From Octopus vulgaris (taxonomy: Eukaryota): a DNA stretch of 64,000 bases. A program made the position numbers and the translations under genes. Each line of letters begins with the position of its first letter. Position 1 is the first letter of the stretch. The DNA lies in assembly GCA_951406725.2 (NCBI GenBank), contig OX597828.1, positions 69,812,001-69,876,000 on the forward strand, in the 5' to 3' direction. This document shows positions 25,101 to 38,730 of this stretch, one piece after another. The notes under the pieces are model-generated. The model did no database searches and was not told where the DNA came from. It saw only the letters and a list, made by a program, of their open reading frames with translations.

Positions 25101-25769
25101 TGGGCAGATGAGGAAAGAAAAAAAAACGTGTCTAGATTAGACGGTCACACATACATACACATACACAAACATAGAAGCTTGGCCCGAAGCCATAGAAGAC
25201 ACTTGCCCAAGGTATCACGCAGAGCAACTCAACCCGGAGTCACGTAATTGGGAAACACACACATGCACACACACGTACACACACCACTAGTGTAGCTAGA
25301 AGGGGGTGGATGGTGTGGTCCGCCCTGGGCGGCACTTTTATGGAGGTGGTCCCACATTTGGATCGACTGTAAGCGATATGTATTTCTGTGAGGGCCCGGG
25401 AACAGCAAACAGAAGGCCCGCGCCGTGCGGCACACATTCTAGCTACGCTATCCACACACACACATAATCTTTTTCCGAGCTAAAGAAACTAAAGAAGGCG
25501 ACAGAATGTCTGAACGTTTGTGGAAGCGTAGATTCGATTATAAAGAGCGACCTCGTATTCGAAAGGAGGCGAGCTGACAAAATCGTTAATACATTGGACA
25601 AAATATTCTGCGACATTTCTTCTGGCTTTCAGTTCAGAGTTCAAATCCCACCGATGTCGACTTTGCCTTTCAGCGTTTCGGGGCCGATAAAATAAGTACC
25701 AGTTAAATACCGGGATCTATGTAATCGACTGTCCCCTCTTTCAGAATTTCAAGCCTTGAACCTCTAGTA

Positions 25770-26335
25770 CAGTGGTTCCCAAACTTTTTTCTCTGGTCCG
25801 CATTTTCGGGATGCAAACTTGCTCGTGCCTCACCACATTTTAAGTGATAAAATGTACATTTAGAAATAAAAAAACAAACAACGACTAACAGTGCGTCAAA
25901 TATAATATGTAACACAAATAACTTATAATATGATTAAAGTGCACAAGTTTAATGAAAGGTATGAGCTTGTTTTTGACGAGTAATCTCCTTTATTTTCCTG
26001 AGTAATCTCCTTTATTTTCCTGAATAATCTCATTTCCTCATCAACACAAAAAAGCCTTCCCTTCTTTTTGGTTTATGATATTTGTCAGAACTGAAAATCT
26101 TTGTTCCCAGCAACATGTTGTGGACAACTGTAGAAGAATGGATAATTCTTTTGAAGAGACGCATGGATATTGTTCCTGATTGTATATCCAAAAAGAGTCC
26201 AGATATATTTTGAATTTGGAATTCATATTTATATGTGACATGAATTTTCAGTAACTGTCTCTGAACCTTTGATAGTCTTTCAACCATTCCGCCTCACTTG
26301 CCATCCTCTTCTGCCGCACCGTTTGGGAACCACTG
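25770..26335 (-). mobile_element. Non-autonomous hAT (Charlie/Buster-like) element nested in a SINE
   Basis: Perfect 15-bp TIR CAGTGGTTCCCAAAC/GTTTGGGAACCACTG and 8-bp TSD CTCTAGTA/CTCGAGTA. Contains the dimerisation-domain relic LDSFW...YP.VS...LSILLQLSTTCCWEQRFSVLTNI. Confidence 0.9.
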
Positions 26336-26364
26336 CTCGAGTAAAAAGGATTATTATTATTTTG

Positions 26365-26694
26365 TGAGAGAGCAGTGCATGCCATCAAAGTGACACTGGG
26401 GTAGAATATACGAAGCCCAGTATACCCTTCATGACTACCTGTCTGATAAGGGTACACCAGGCATATGCATCACAACAATATGTGCGCGACATGGTGATCC
26501 CATATCAAGATAAACAGCGCATGACCTTGCAGGTGGGGCCCAGTTAGAATTTTCTTCTGGTCGAGTAACCCATCGCACTCAAAAGGTCCCTGAATAAGGG
26601 TCGTTTAAGGATGTTGAATGAAACACCCATGTTTCCAAAGGTGAATTATTCAAACCCCAAAGAATCCCTCTCAACACATGGCTTTGATGCTCCC

Positions 26695-26700
<6 letters not shown>
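26365..26700. repeat. Interspersed repeat, with an inverted second copy at ~44790-45060
   Basis: GCCATCAAAGTGACACTGGGGTA...CCTTGCAGGTGGGGCCCAGTTAGAATTTTCTTC matches the reverse complement of 44865-45045. Confidence 0.8.
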
Positions 26701-26789
<89 letters not shown>

Positions 26790-27174
26790 GATATATAGCA
26801 TGTAGCAGGCTAACCCTAGCTTTAGTTTACGAATTTTCCCCCGAATTACACAATTCAGTAAGGGGGAGTTTTTTCCTTTTCCTTTGTGAAATTTGAGTAT
26901 ACATATTTGTACACATAGAGGAGCGTAGCTAAGTGGTTAGTATTGTACTCATGATTGTAAGATTGTAGTTTCGATTCCTAGGCCGGGCGATGCGTTGTGT
27001 TCTTGGGCAAAACACTTCGTTTCACGTTGCCCCAGCCCACCCAGCTGGCAAAAATGAGGAATCCTGGCACGGACCGGGGCCCCAGCCAGGGATATGAGGA
27101 ATATATACGCCAGAGAAACCGGGAAACGCAATTTATGAGCCTATGGTTCGAGAAAGGACCTTTGATACATGATT

Positions 27175-27248
<74 letters not shown>

Positions 27249-27534
27249 AGGAATAAGAGGAAATATACAGAGAGAAAATGAAAGTGGTGTACATATGTGC
27301 GTGAGCGAGTCTGTCCTTTCTCATATATGTATATATATAATATATATATATATATATATGCTAATATACAGATTTATATATACACGCACATAATTACATA
27401 TATATGTGTATCTTTGTGAGTGTATATATATATATATATGATGTATAAATATATACTTACATGCAAGCAAGTGCGCGAGCACATATACATGTAGTTGTTC
27501 CCTATACATATATGTATTACACAAACGGATATCG

Positions 27535-27586
<52 letters not shown>

Positions 27587-27753
27587 CAGTAGAACAGCTG
27601 CTGCTTATCAACAAATCCATTTCTGAGAAATATATCATACACATACATATACGCGAGCGCACACACACACGCACACACAAATACAGGCATTCACACACAC
27701 ATGAATGCATTAACATACACATACACATCTGTGTGTAAAAATATGTATATATA

Positions 27754-27851
<98 letters not shown>

Positions 27852-27900
27852 CATACCTTATTATTATTATTAAAGCTGCAAAGACATGACAAAAATTTGC

Positions 27901-27930
27901 TACTCAGAGTTTCACGTTCCCGTTCGTCGG
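27901..27930 (-). ncRNA. Minimal hammerhead core (CCGACGA), stem I lost
   Basis: CCGACGA-ACG(ggaa)CGU-GAAA-CUC u GAG-UA. Confidence 0.65.
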
Positions 27931-28028
27931 AGAGTTTAGTTCAAGTTTAGAGAAAAACAAAAGACGAAGACAGGTGTAAGAACAACAAGCAGGTGTGTTA
28001 GTTTGACGCTCGGGAAGAATGGGAAAGT

Positions 28029-28064
28029 CTTTTACGTTTCGAGCCTACGCTCTTCGACAGAAAG
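28029..28064 (-). ncRNA. Minimal type I hammerhead, A6U variant, palindromic ACGU stem III
   Basis: CUUU-CUGUCGA a-GAGC(guag)GCUC-GAAA-CG-UA-AAAG. Confidence 0.7.
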
Positions 28065-28308
28065 GATTAAGAGGAAATAAAGAGAGAGAGAATGAAAGAC
28101 ACGTGATGAATGCAGTGGTGTGCATATGTGCGTGTATGCACGTGAGCGAGTCTATCCTTTCTCAAACTGCACCTGGTATTGAGTGCATCAACACCTACAT
28201 GTTTACATATTTGTTTCACTAGTACCATATTCACCCCCCCCACCACATGCATATACGCCTACTTCATGTGTGTATGTTTGTGTGTGTATAAATATATACA
28301 CACACACG

Positions 28309-29380
28309 CTAGCACTGTATCCCGGCGTTGCCCCGGTTGTTATGACTTACAGCCACATTGTATCATTTGTTTCTTTCTTATGGGCAAAATCAACACAGCT
28401 CATATATAGGGAACCGGATTACTGGCGTAATGAAAGTTATTGTTTGTTTAAAAGTGGGAGATGGTACAAGTTGCATGAGTTTACACGCAAGTGCTTTCTG
28501 TTCTTAAGAAGGATCACAAATTATGTATTGTTTCATCGTATAAAACGGGGTTAATACGATTTTTCCCAGAAATCCCTTTTTTGAAATTTTTATTTCACCC
28601 GTCCCCACGCAATTTCTTAACTTGTAACTTTTTTCGAATTTTCTTTTTTATCCACGTAGAAAAATACAGAGATTACGAATCTGCAGAATATATATATATA
28701 TATTTTTTAAAGTTTAATTCTTCTTAAAGGAACAATCAATGCCCCTTGCTCCTCCTCACCCACCCATCACCTACCAACTTTCAAAAAGTTAAAATCTCCC
28801 AATGTTTCACTTTCGTCTGATGTTTCACGCGTGCGTAGAATTGTACTGAAATAACCGACGTAAAAGAATACCAGACCACCACCAGAAAACCCGACATGCT
28901 AGAAACAACACGACGTTATTTCTGAAGAAACTTATGGGAAAGAGATTTTAGTGTTTCTTCAAGGAAAAAAGAAGAAGAAAATTCTTTAAAATTCTTTGTA
29001 TTAAGAAAAACATTTGGAAAAGAGTAAAAATGAAGAAATTGGGGAAGGGAAAGAGAAAATGAAAATATTGAGAACATGTTTTTTCGGCGAAATCTTAATC
29101 TCCTGAATCGAAACCATAGGAATCGGTGGAAATTTAGGAAAAAAAAAAAAAAATAATAAGTGGGGTGGGCGCAAATGTCACCTTGAACAACGGGTAAAGA
29201 ATGTGGTTTCTGGGAAAACTTCCTTTTACATTTATATCGAAGATAAGGTTTTTAAATACGTTCATCACGAACATAAATTACAGAATAGAAAAAAGTCAAT
29301 TCAATTGGATTTGAGGTGTAATTTTGGGCGTGCACACAGCAAGAAAAAACATAATTCGTACAGAAGTTTTACCTAGAGTG
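28309..29380 (-). mobile_element. Possible non-autonomous Helitron-like element
   Basis: Minus-strand 3' end has the GC hairpin CCGG-GGCAACG-CCGG ~10 nt before CTAG (28309-28336). The far boundary is a guess. Confidence 0.4.
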
Positions 29381-29595
29381 TGTGTGTGTGTGAGAGAGAC
29401 TTTTGAATTTTCACAGCGTACTGCTGCGTCTCCAGACAGCTTTCAATGGTCCTAGCGTGACGCATCTGAAGAACTGCTGAATTTCTTCGAGAAAACTACA
29501 GAGTATCATGCCACTGGACTGGCTTAAGGAAACAACAACATTCTACTTAAGTATTGAGTATTTCCCCGCCCACGTTTCGCATCGGCGTCTATCTA

Positions 29596-29657
<62 letters not shown>

Positions 29658-29659
29658 AA

Positions 29660-30440
29660 AATGGAACAAAAACGGAATAGAGAGCATTAAAACGTTTAGA
29701 CAGTTACACGATACAAAGGCGGACAAGAGAAACAACAATTTGAAGGACAGACAAAAAAAGACGGGTCATTCTTGGCTTTCTTTCATCAGTCAAGTCCCAC
29801 AAGACCATTTCGGGCAGTTACACTTGAGATGGTTCGATCTGGTTGTTCCCAAAAAAGTCTAAGCTAAGAGGATTAGACCTCTTTGTAAGAAAGCTAGCGA
29901 ATGTGTACGGCAATAAAGACAAAAAACAAACAAAACAAAAAAACGGAGAACATGGTACACACTTACGAATACAAACAAGAAATAACAACAGGCGTCTTTC
30001 GACTGAGAACGAATCAAATTGAGCTGGCGTGTATGAAGTGAAAGCATAAAGGCAGAAACATGGGAGATGGCCACAAGAGGTGTTGGCGGTCGGCAGTCAG
30101 GCCAAGAAAGAAAGATCATGGCTAGCCGGACTCCAGTCACGTGGAAGGAGTAGCGATGGGTAGGGGACAGCGGGATTGAAGGATTAGAAAAAATCAGAGA
30201 AAGGTACAGGGGAGATAAACGAGTGGGAAATAGTGAGAGTTAAAGAAAGAGAGGGCCAAGAAATGTGAGAGAGAGGGGGAGCGAGAAAAAGGAAAAGGAA
30301 GAAAGTAAGAGGGGACTAAATGATAAAGTAAGAGTCGTACAAAATTTAGATACACACCTACTATAAGGTGAGTACAAGGGTATATGTATACAAGAGAAAT
30401 ATCAATTAGGACAGGCAAAAACAAAGAGGGTCATTCTTGG
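29660..30440 (-). mobile_element. Family X, copy E (plus a partial repeat of its start)
   Basis: Shares ACGGGTCATTC, CTAAGCTAAGAG, GCGAATGT.TACG, GTCTTTCGACT and CCAGTCACGTGG with copy B. Confidence 0.7.
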
Positions 30441-30492
<52 letters not shown>

Positions 30493-30495
30493 TTA

Positions 30496-30538
<43 letters not shown>

Positions 30539-30566
30539 TTATCTCTCTCTCTCTCTATCTATCTAT

Positions 30567-31037
30567 CAACACTTTCCTCTCTGGTCAATCTCTCATCAAC
30601 TTTTTCAAGTATCACTTGAAATGGAAGGTGAGAGTAGAGAGGCAAGTTTTGTCTAGCGACTGTTTCAAAAAAAAAGATGGGTGAATGTAGCAAGGATGGC
30701 ACGAATGAATGACGAAGCCACCTTGAGCATAATCCTATGAACCGTAAAAAATTTAATACAGAGTTACTTATTTGTAAATAAATGTTAATATGTGACGTAA
30801 TTGCTCGAGGTTACTGTGGTCTTTTCGTAGGTTTTTCTTTCCACAGATAAACCTCCCCATTTCTTGGGAACTTTTGGTTTCAATTTCGACATTTTTTGCA
30901 TATATCCTCAACGATTTCTATCCATTTTGATCGTTGTCCCTATTTTTTTCTCCTTTATTTTCGGCCCCCTCGAAAAGAAAAAATCTACATTGTAATTGTC
31001 CCCTTTGTGTTTAGCCCTGTGTGGCCAATAAAGAAAT
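30567..31037 (+). mobile_element. 5'-truncated Tx1/L1-clade LINE 3' end within (CTAT)n
   Basis: Homologous to 33691-34290. Ends ...AGCCCTGTGTGGCCAATAAAGAAAT and is flanked by CTAT repeats on both sides. Confidence 0.7.
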
Positions 31038-31114
31038 CTATCTATCTATCTATCTATCTATCATCTTCTGTCTGTTTGACTGTCTATCTGTCTGTATGTA
31101 TGTCTATCTGTCTG

Positions 31115-31486
<372 letters not shown>

Positions 31487-32344
31487 TCTGTCTGTCTCTC
31501 TCCCGCTTTTTCTTTATCTAGCTGTCTCTATGTCTGTCTGTCTTTTGATTTATACGTGTGTGCGCGCGTGGGTAGGTGTGTATGTGTGAGCGTGACTAAT
31601 TGCGTGTATGTATGAATATGTGTTTGTGTGTGTGTGCGTTTGTATCTATGTGTATGTGTGTGTGTGTGTATCATGGGCATTGCTCATCCAATCCAGTTCT
31701 GAGAACAACTCACATTCACGTACATGTATATACATACACACACTTACATACCCACACACACATACATGCATACGTACACACACACACACACACGTATATC
31801 TTGTTTATCGTGTTTTGTCTTTTTTTAAAATTTCTCTCTCTTTCGATTTGTTCTGAAAGTGAGTCACTCCTGGTTGAGTAAGTCTATGATTAAACGCTTT
31901 CCTATTGTGACCACCCCGTGTTGTATTCAGCGAAAAATAGTGTACATTTATCGTGACCTTCTCTAATTCGTAGATTAGGCTCTGATTTGATGGAGATTTG
32001 GTTGCTGTTACTTGCAGATCAGTTGACCAGACGTAAATCATTATGACCACAGGTCATATTGTTCAGTACTCCACTGATTTCACCAACCAGTTTCTAGATT
32101 AGCAGACATGGGGGATAACGAATTTGTCTGTTGATTCATTGGTTGTGAGTTCAAACCATGGCAGGGGAAGACGGTGGTGCTAACGTCAGTTACTTCGTCC
32201 ATGTGGCCCTTTTAACAGATTAAGTTTATCTCGTTGTGGGGAAACAGGGTTCAATACTCATGTGATGTATTTGTCCTCCACCACCGTCTGATAACCGGCG
32301 TCGGTTTGTTTACGTCTCCGTAACCTAGCAGTTCGACAGATCAC

Positions 32345-32610
32345 TTTGTGCCATCTCGCCTGACTCGAAACTCGCAGCATCTTCATTCAAATGCTGCCGT
32401 GCTTCCACGAATAAAGAAGTCTTTTTACGGTCGTAAGCTTTTTTCCTCGGAACTAACAGACTCTGGAACTCCCCCCCATCTCACCATTTCCTTCCTTCTT
32501 ATCACCTGAACTTTTTCAAGTCTCAATCAAATTCTTTCCTTTCATCTTGATTTCTCCTTCTTCACGGTTTCTTACACTAAGTGGTTTTTCACCTTCTTTG
32601 GAACTTTACT
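32345..32610 (+). mobile_element. Jockey/CR1-group LINE 3' end inserted into a type C SINE
   Basis: SFFP.TNRLWNSPP...PSYHLNFFKSQ resembles the SFFPRT..LWNSLP C-terminal motif. SINE halves lie at 32270-32340 and 32640-32740. Confidence 0.65.
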
Positions 32611-32985
32611 AAAAAAACAAAAAAATGAAAATAAAAAACAGCCAATAGATTAAGTACCAGACTTGGAATAAATACAAGGGTCGATTTGTTTGACTGAATC
32701 CTTGAAAGCGGTGCCCCAGCATGGCCACATTCCAGGGACTAAAACCCTCAAAACATAATGTGGTAAGGGATGCCAAACTTAAGCAGGAGTTTCTTTGGGG
32801 TACAAGGCATAGACGTTAGGTTATCGCTGACGCCGGGGCAGAGAACCGCTAGTGTCGGATAGAATGTATTGTGATGTTTAATCCGCTACTCGTAGTTCAA
32901 ATCTTACCAAAGTCAACTTTAACCTTCATCCTTTCGGGGGTCGACAGATTAAAAAAAAATGCAGACAAGGATTGGAGGGGGGTAA

Positions 32986-33300
32986 CTTCTTCTTCTTCCT
33001 CCTCCTCCTCCTCCTTCTTCTTCTTCTCCTCCTCCTCCTCCTCATTCTTCTTCTTCTTCTCCTCCTCCTCCTTCTTCTTCTTCTTCTTCTTCTTCTCCTC
33101 CTCCTCCTTCTTCTTCTTCTTCTTCTTCTTCTTCTTCTCCTCCTCCTCCTGCTTCTTCTTCTTCTTCTTCTTCTTCTCCTCCTCCTCCTCCTGCTTCTTC
33201 TTCTTCTACTCCTCCTTCTTCTTCTTCTCCTCCTCCTGCTTCTTCTTCTTCTTCTTCTTCTTCTTCTTCTTCTTCTTCTTCTCCTCCTCTTCCTACTTCT
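32986..33300. repeat. (CTT)n/(CCT)n compound microsatellite
   Basis: Direct inspection. Confidence 0.95.
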
Positions 33301-33611
33301 TATTCTCCCTCCATTCTATCTCTAGAATAAATTGTTTGTTGTCAAAAATGGAGGGTGAAGGAGCAAGTACACCGCCAGGTTTTAAACTGTCATCACATCG
33401 GCTCCTACGACTCCATCAGGTGTCGAAGAGCCACAGGAAGGCACAGCACGAAGTATTCAGCCAGTTAAGGAGATGACCTCCATTAGGGTAAACTGAATGA
33501 GGAGATATTAGGACGGTAGGAACTTCCATTGGCGTGCTATATCTATCTATCTATCCATCGATCTACCTACCTACCTACCTACCTATCTACATCTATCTAC
33601 CTACCTATCTA

Positions 33612-33690
<79 letters not shown>

Positions 33691-33692
<2 letters not shown>

Positions 33693-34290
33693 GTGGCTAT
33701 GGCGAAAGAATGTATCTGGTGGACGCGCCTGAAAGGATTAGAGACAAACACTTTCCTCTCTGGTCAATCTCTCATCAACTTCTTCAAGTATCACTTGAAG
33801 AAAAAAGTGAGAGTAGAGAGGCAAGTTTTGTCTAGTGAATGTTTTTAAAAAAGATGGGTGAATGTAGCAAGGATGGCACGTATGAATAACGAAGCCACCT
33901 TGACTATGATTCTATGAACCGTAAAAATTAATACAGAGAGTTGCTTATTTGCAAAAAAAAAAAAAAAAAAAAAAAGAAATATAACATGTGACTTCATTGA
34001 CCGAGGTTACCGTGGTCTTTTCCGTAGGCTTTTCTTTCCACGGGTAAACCTCACCTGTCCTCCCCTTTACACTTCATATTGACATTTCTGTGATAACGAT
34101 CCCTATTGATCAATTTTTTTTCCTCTCCCCCTTTTTTTTTTTTTTACCCCCCCCCCTTTTTTTGTCCTCTTTCTCTCCTTTTACGATCCCTTTTGATCGA
34201 CCCCCCTTTTTTTTTTTTTACCTTCAAAAGAAAAGCTCTACCTTGTAATTTGTTCTATCTGTGTGCAGCCCTGTGTGGCTAATAAAGAAA
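33691..34290 (+). mobile_element. 5'-truncated Tx1/L1-clade LINE 3' end within (CTAT)n
   Basis: VAMAKECIWWTRLK...LINFFKYHLKKKVRVERQVLSSECF*KRW matches the A.AK..IW..R ... F..RW ORF2 C-terminus of L1/Tx1. The 3' UTR ends AATAAAGAAA. Confidence 0.75.
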
Positions 34291-34296
34291 CATATC

Positions 34297-34327
<31 letters not shown>

Positions 34328-34400
34328 CCATCGATCTACCTACCTACCTACCTACCTATCTATATCTATCTATCTACCTATCTATCTATATCTATCTATC

Positions 34401-34431
<31 letters not shown>

Positions 34432-34496
34432 CCATCGATCTACCTACCTACCTACCTACCTACCTATCAATATCTATCTATCTACCTACCTATCTA

Positions 34497-34554
<58 letters not shown>

Positions 34555-34563
34555 CCTACCTAC

Positions 34564-34622
<59 letters not shown>

Positions 34623-34623
34623 C

Positions 34624-34698
<75 letters not shown>

Positions 34699-34699
34699 C

Positions 34700-35820
34700 A
34701 TTCGCCTTCTTTTGATTCAATTCTGTTCCTCTCACCCTCTTCCTCTCCCTCCCCCACTCTTCTATTAGTGCCTCACTACTTTCTTCTGTAATTTTTCTCT
34801 CTTTCTCTTCTCTTTGAGCTTGTGTTTCTTTGTCTCATTTCTTATCCCTCCCCCTCTTCCTGCTCCTCCCCCACCTTTCATCTTTACTCTTTCATTTCTC
34901 TTGTATTCTTTTCTCCATCTTATGTAACCCTCATCAATTCTTTACCATTTCTCCATCTCCTTAATCTTTCTCTCCCGCTCTCCCTCTCTTCCTCTCTTAC
35001 TTTTCTTCCTCAACACTTCATTCTGTCGTCTGCTTCTTACAGTTACCTTTCCCGCCAATCTCTTCCCTCCTACTCCCTCTTTGAATCTTTTACATTTCCT
35101 TCCTGTTCTCTTTCCTTCACCTCAGCCTCTCATTTTCCTTATCCTCCTTTCCTCCCTTTTATTTTCCCTCCCTCTCTCTTTTATACCCTCTCGTCCTCTC
35201 ATTCCCTGCGACATCTACCACATTCATCGGTCTACATCCCTTCCTCCCTCACTCTTTTCATTCCTACCTCCCCTTCTCAAACCACCTACACATTTCCCCC
35301 TCTAATCTCATCTTCTTTTCTCTCTCCCTCTCCCTCACACTCCTTAAACACTTGCTTTTCCACCTTACACTTCCCCTCCATATGCCATTATTTCTTCTAC
35401 TCCAATTATCAACCTCCCCCTCTCTCTTTAAATCAATGCTTTTTTGTATCCCTTCTACCTTTCGTACTCCTCCTACACCTACACCTCCTCTTTTCTCCAT
35501 AGTTCCGTTCCCTTTCTACGCCTGCAACTCTCTGTCTCTGTCTCTTTCTGTCACTATCACCCTGCCTCTTCGTCCTCCTCCTCTATCGTTTCTTTTCTCT
35601 CTTCCCCCTCCTTCTCTCTCTAGTCTCTTACTATTTCACCAACTTCTTTCATCCCGTGACACCTCCGCTTCCCACTATTCATCTATAAATCCTACACCCC
35701 TCTCTTATCTTCATAGCATATTTCTCTTTCTCCTCCCCCCTCTCTCTCTATATATTTCTGACCTCACATCCCCCTCCTTCTTTCTCTCTACTACTCTGTC
35801 CTCCCACTATTCCCACTCAC
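34700..35820. repeat. ~1.1-kb degenerate polypyrimidine tract, followed by a purine tract (35955-36460)
   Basis: Almost no G on the + strand over 1.1 kb, and the skew flips after ~35830. Confidence 0.85.
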
Positions 35821-36074
35821 CAATCAGTCACGCAAGAGACACGAGTTGAAGATCGATACCTACGTCAGAGGATCGAGATGTTTGCGTGGGAGTTTGTTAT
35901 CAGGACAATATGACTGATAGCGGCGTCGGGGAGAGTGTGGTTGGTCGCGCGCGCGCGTGAGAGTGAGAGAGAGAGAGAGAGTATGCATAATGGAGGCAGG
36001 ACTTTGTGCACGTGAATGAGTGAGAGAGACATTATGAGAGAGAGGAAAGAGAAGTTAAGACAATTACTGAGTAA

Positions 36075-36105
<31 letters not shown>

Positions 36106-36264
36106 AGGAGGGAATCAATTTAGGCAATAGGTGAGTGAGTGAGTAAGTGAGTGACAATAATTGAGTGTAAAATATATGAGTGGGAGTGAGAGAAATTGTG
36201 CGTAGGAGAGAGTGGGAAAGGAATGAATGAGTGTAGCCAGAAGCAATGAGTGAGTGAAAGAGTG

Positions 36265-36312
<48 letters not shown>

Positions 36313-36644
36313 CGAAAGAGAGGAATGAGTGAGTAGGGGAAAAGATATGTGAAAAAAGGGATACTAAATGAATGACAGAGCGAAGAGAGGGGGAGTAGAG
36401 AAGGGGCTTGGATGTAAAGTGAAAGGAGAGAAGGAGAGACGGAGATAAATAAAGGGAAAATATGTATATATGTGTGTATAATTAAATATGCTATTTGCGA
36501 GTGTATAAACTGATAAACAGCATCTGTAAGGGAAAATTAGCCATATACATGCCTGCGACTACAGGTAATTACATAACACACACACACATATACACGTGCG
36601 CACGCGTATATACACACATATACACGTGCGCACGCGTATATACA

Positions 36645-36699
<55 letters not shown>

Positions 36700-36737
36700 T
36701 ATATATACACACAATATATATATATATATATATATAT

Positions 36738-36952
36738 GTTACTCTTTTACTTGTTGCAGTCATTTGACTGCGGCCATGCTGGAGCACCGCCTTTAGTCGA
36801 GCGAATCGACCCCGGGACTTATTCTTTGTAAGCCCAGTACTTATTCTATCGGTCTCTTTTGCCGAACCGCTAAGTGACGGGGACGTAAACACACCAGCAA
36901 CGGTTGTCAAGCAATGCTAGGGAGACAAACACAGACACACACATATATATGA

Positions 36953-37031
<79 letters not shown>

Positions 37032-37201
37032 TATACATATATACGACAGGCTTCTTTCAGTTTCCGTCTACCAAATCCACTCACAAGGCATTGGTCGGCC
37101 CGGGGCTATAGCAGAAGACACTTGCCCAAGATGCCACGCAGTGGGACTGAACCCGGAACCATGTGGTTGGTTAGCAAGCTACTTACCACACATAGCCACT
37201 C
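36738..37201 (-). mobile_element. Near full-length type C SINE with internal (TA)n
   Basis: Reverse complement of the 39527-39905 copy (head GTGGCT.TGTGGTAAGTAGCTTGCT, tail GGCCGCAGTCAAATGACTG). Confidence 0.85.
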
Positions 37202-37233
37202 ATAGATATATAGAACACACAAATGTATATATG

Positions 37234-37276
<43 letters not shown>

Positions 37277-37426
37277 CCGAAATGCGAGGATGATATATGA
37301 CTGAAGATTATATACATACATATATGTATATCTATGTATGTATATTTTGTATATATATATGTGTGTGTGTGCGTGTATTTATATTCATAGACACACACAT
37401 GTCTATGTATGTATGTACGTATATCA

Positions 37427-37500
<74 letters not shown>

Positions 37501-37729
37501 ATGATATGTAAAAAAATACAAACTGTGACAAGAACGCATAACACTTAGAAGACGATACAACAAACACAGACAGGACATTCGAAGCCCTGTCTTCAGTCAA
37601 GAACCGGATCATCCTCGCAATTTCGGCTGATTATATATATACATACTTACACACATATATGCATTTACAAATATATGTATATACATATATATATGTATCA
37701 ATATGCACACACACACATACATTCATTAA

Positions 37730-38730
37730 TTGCTTCTCCCCCATCGGTCTCCTTCTGCTCCCCACCCCTGTCATAAATTGACGGGGTTGATACAAGGGTG
37801 GGGGGAACCCGGTCGTTCACTTCTCGTTGTTGTAAATGTCGTTTCGAGAAACTGTCCTCGTCTTCACCGGTTGCGGTTGAGACAGGATGTCTCTTGCGTC
37901 GCATTGTTTCCCTCTTAGCAATGATGACGGGGATATCTCATTTACTTCCTCCCGAGCTCTACCTCATCTTCCGAACGTTAACCTGAATAACCACCATGAT
38001 CTGTTGTATTAGGATTGGAGTACCTTTTGATGTCTTTTGCTGGCACATGTGTAGCAGCTGATCCACCTTCCGTGGATGCTGACTTTTAAAGTCTTTCTCT
38101 TGGTATTCCTTTACAGAGACACAGTCCTGGTATTGCTTTACCGTGATCTCAGCCGGTTGTATATCGTCAAAGCTACATCTATGCGACCACCTTTCCGTAT
38201 TGTGCCATGAAGGTGACTACAAGCCAGAGGTGGGGAGACACCAACACTGATGTCTTTGACGGTCACCATTGGAATCTTTCTTCCCAAATACTGTAGAACC
38301 AGCTTATAGACAGTCGTGTCATGTTCAAATTGGATTTGCACTTTAATCTCTCCTTCGTGGTAGCGTATAGCCTCTCTATGTTTTAAAGATGGCATATGTG
38401 GTCGCAAATGTCCTACCACAGCTAATAAAAGAGATTTCACTTGATATATCGACCAAATCTATCTCCAGGTCATCTACGGATGGAAAGACGAAAGCTCTTA
38501 TAAGCTTTGGAAAATCACAGGTTAAGTTACCCCACCTACCTTCTCCTGTATGCGTCAATAACGGATTGTAATATACTGGCTCCTGCCTCGTGAGCGAAAT
38601 ACAACCAGGCTTTCGTTCTTTCAGCAAAATGTCCCTATCAGGATATTGAAATATTTTTCTTCGAAAGAATGTTTGCCAAGAATTGTTCTTAGTTACTCCT
38701 ATTCCCATTCGACGTAGCATGTGCATTTAC
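37730..38730 (-). pseudogene. Decayed LINE ORF1/gag-like region with a zinc-knuckle relic
   Basis: Minus strand ~38070-38030 reads ISCYTCASKRH (CX2CX4H). The surrounding sequence is non-repetitive and frameshifted coding-like. Confidence 0.4.
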
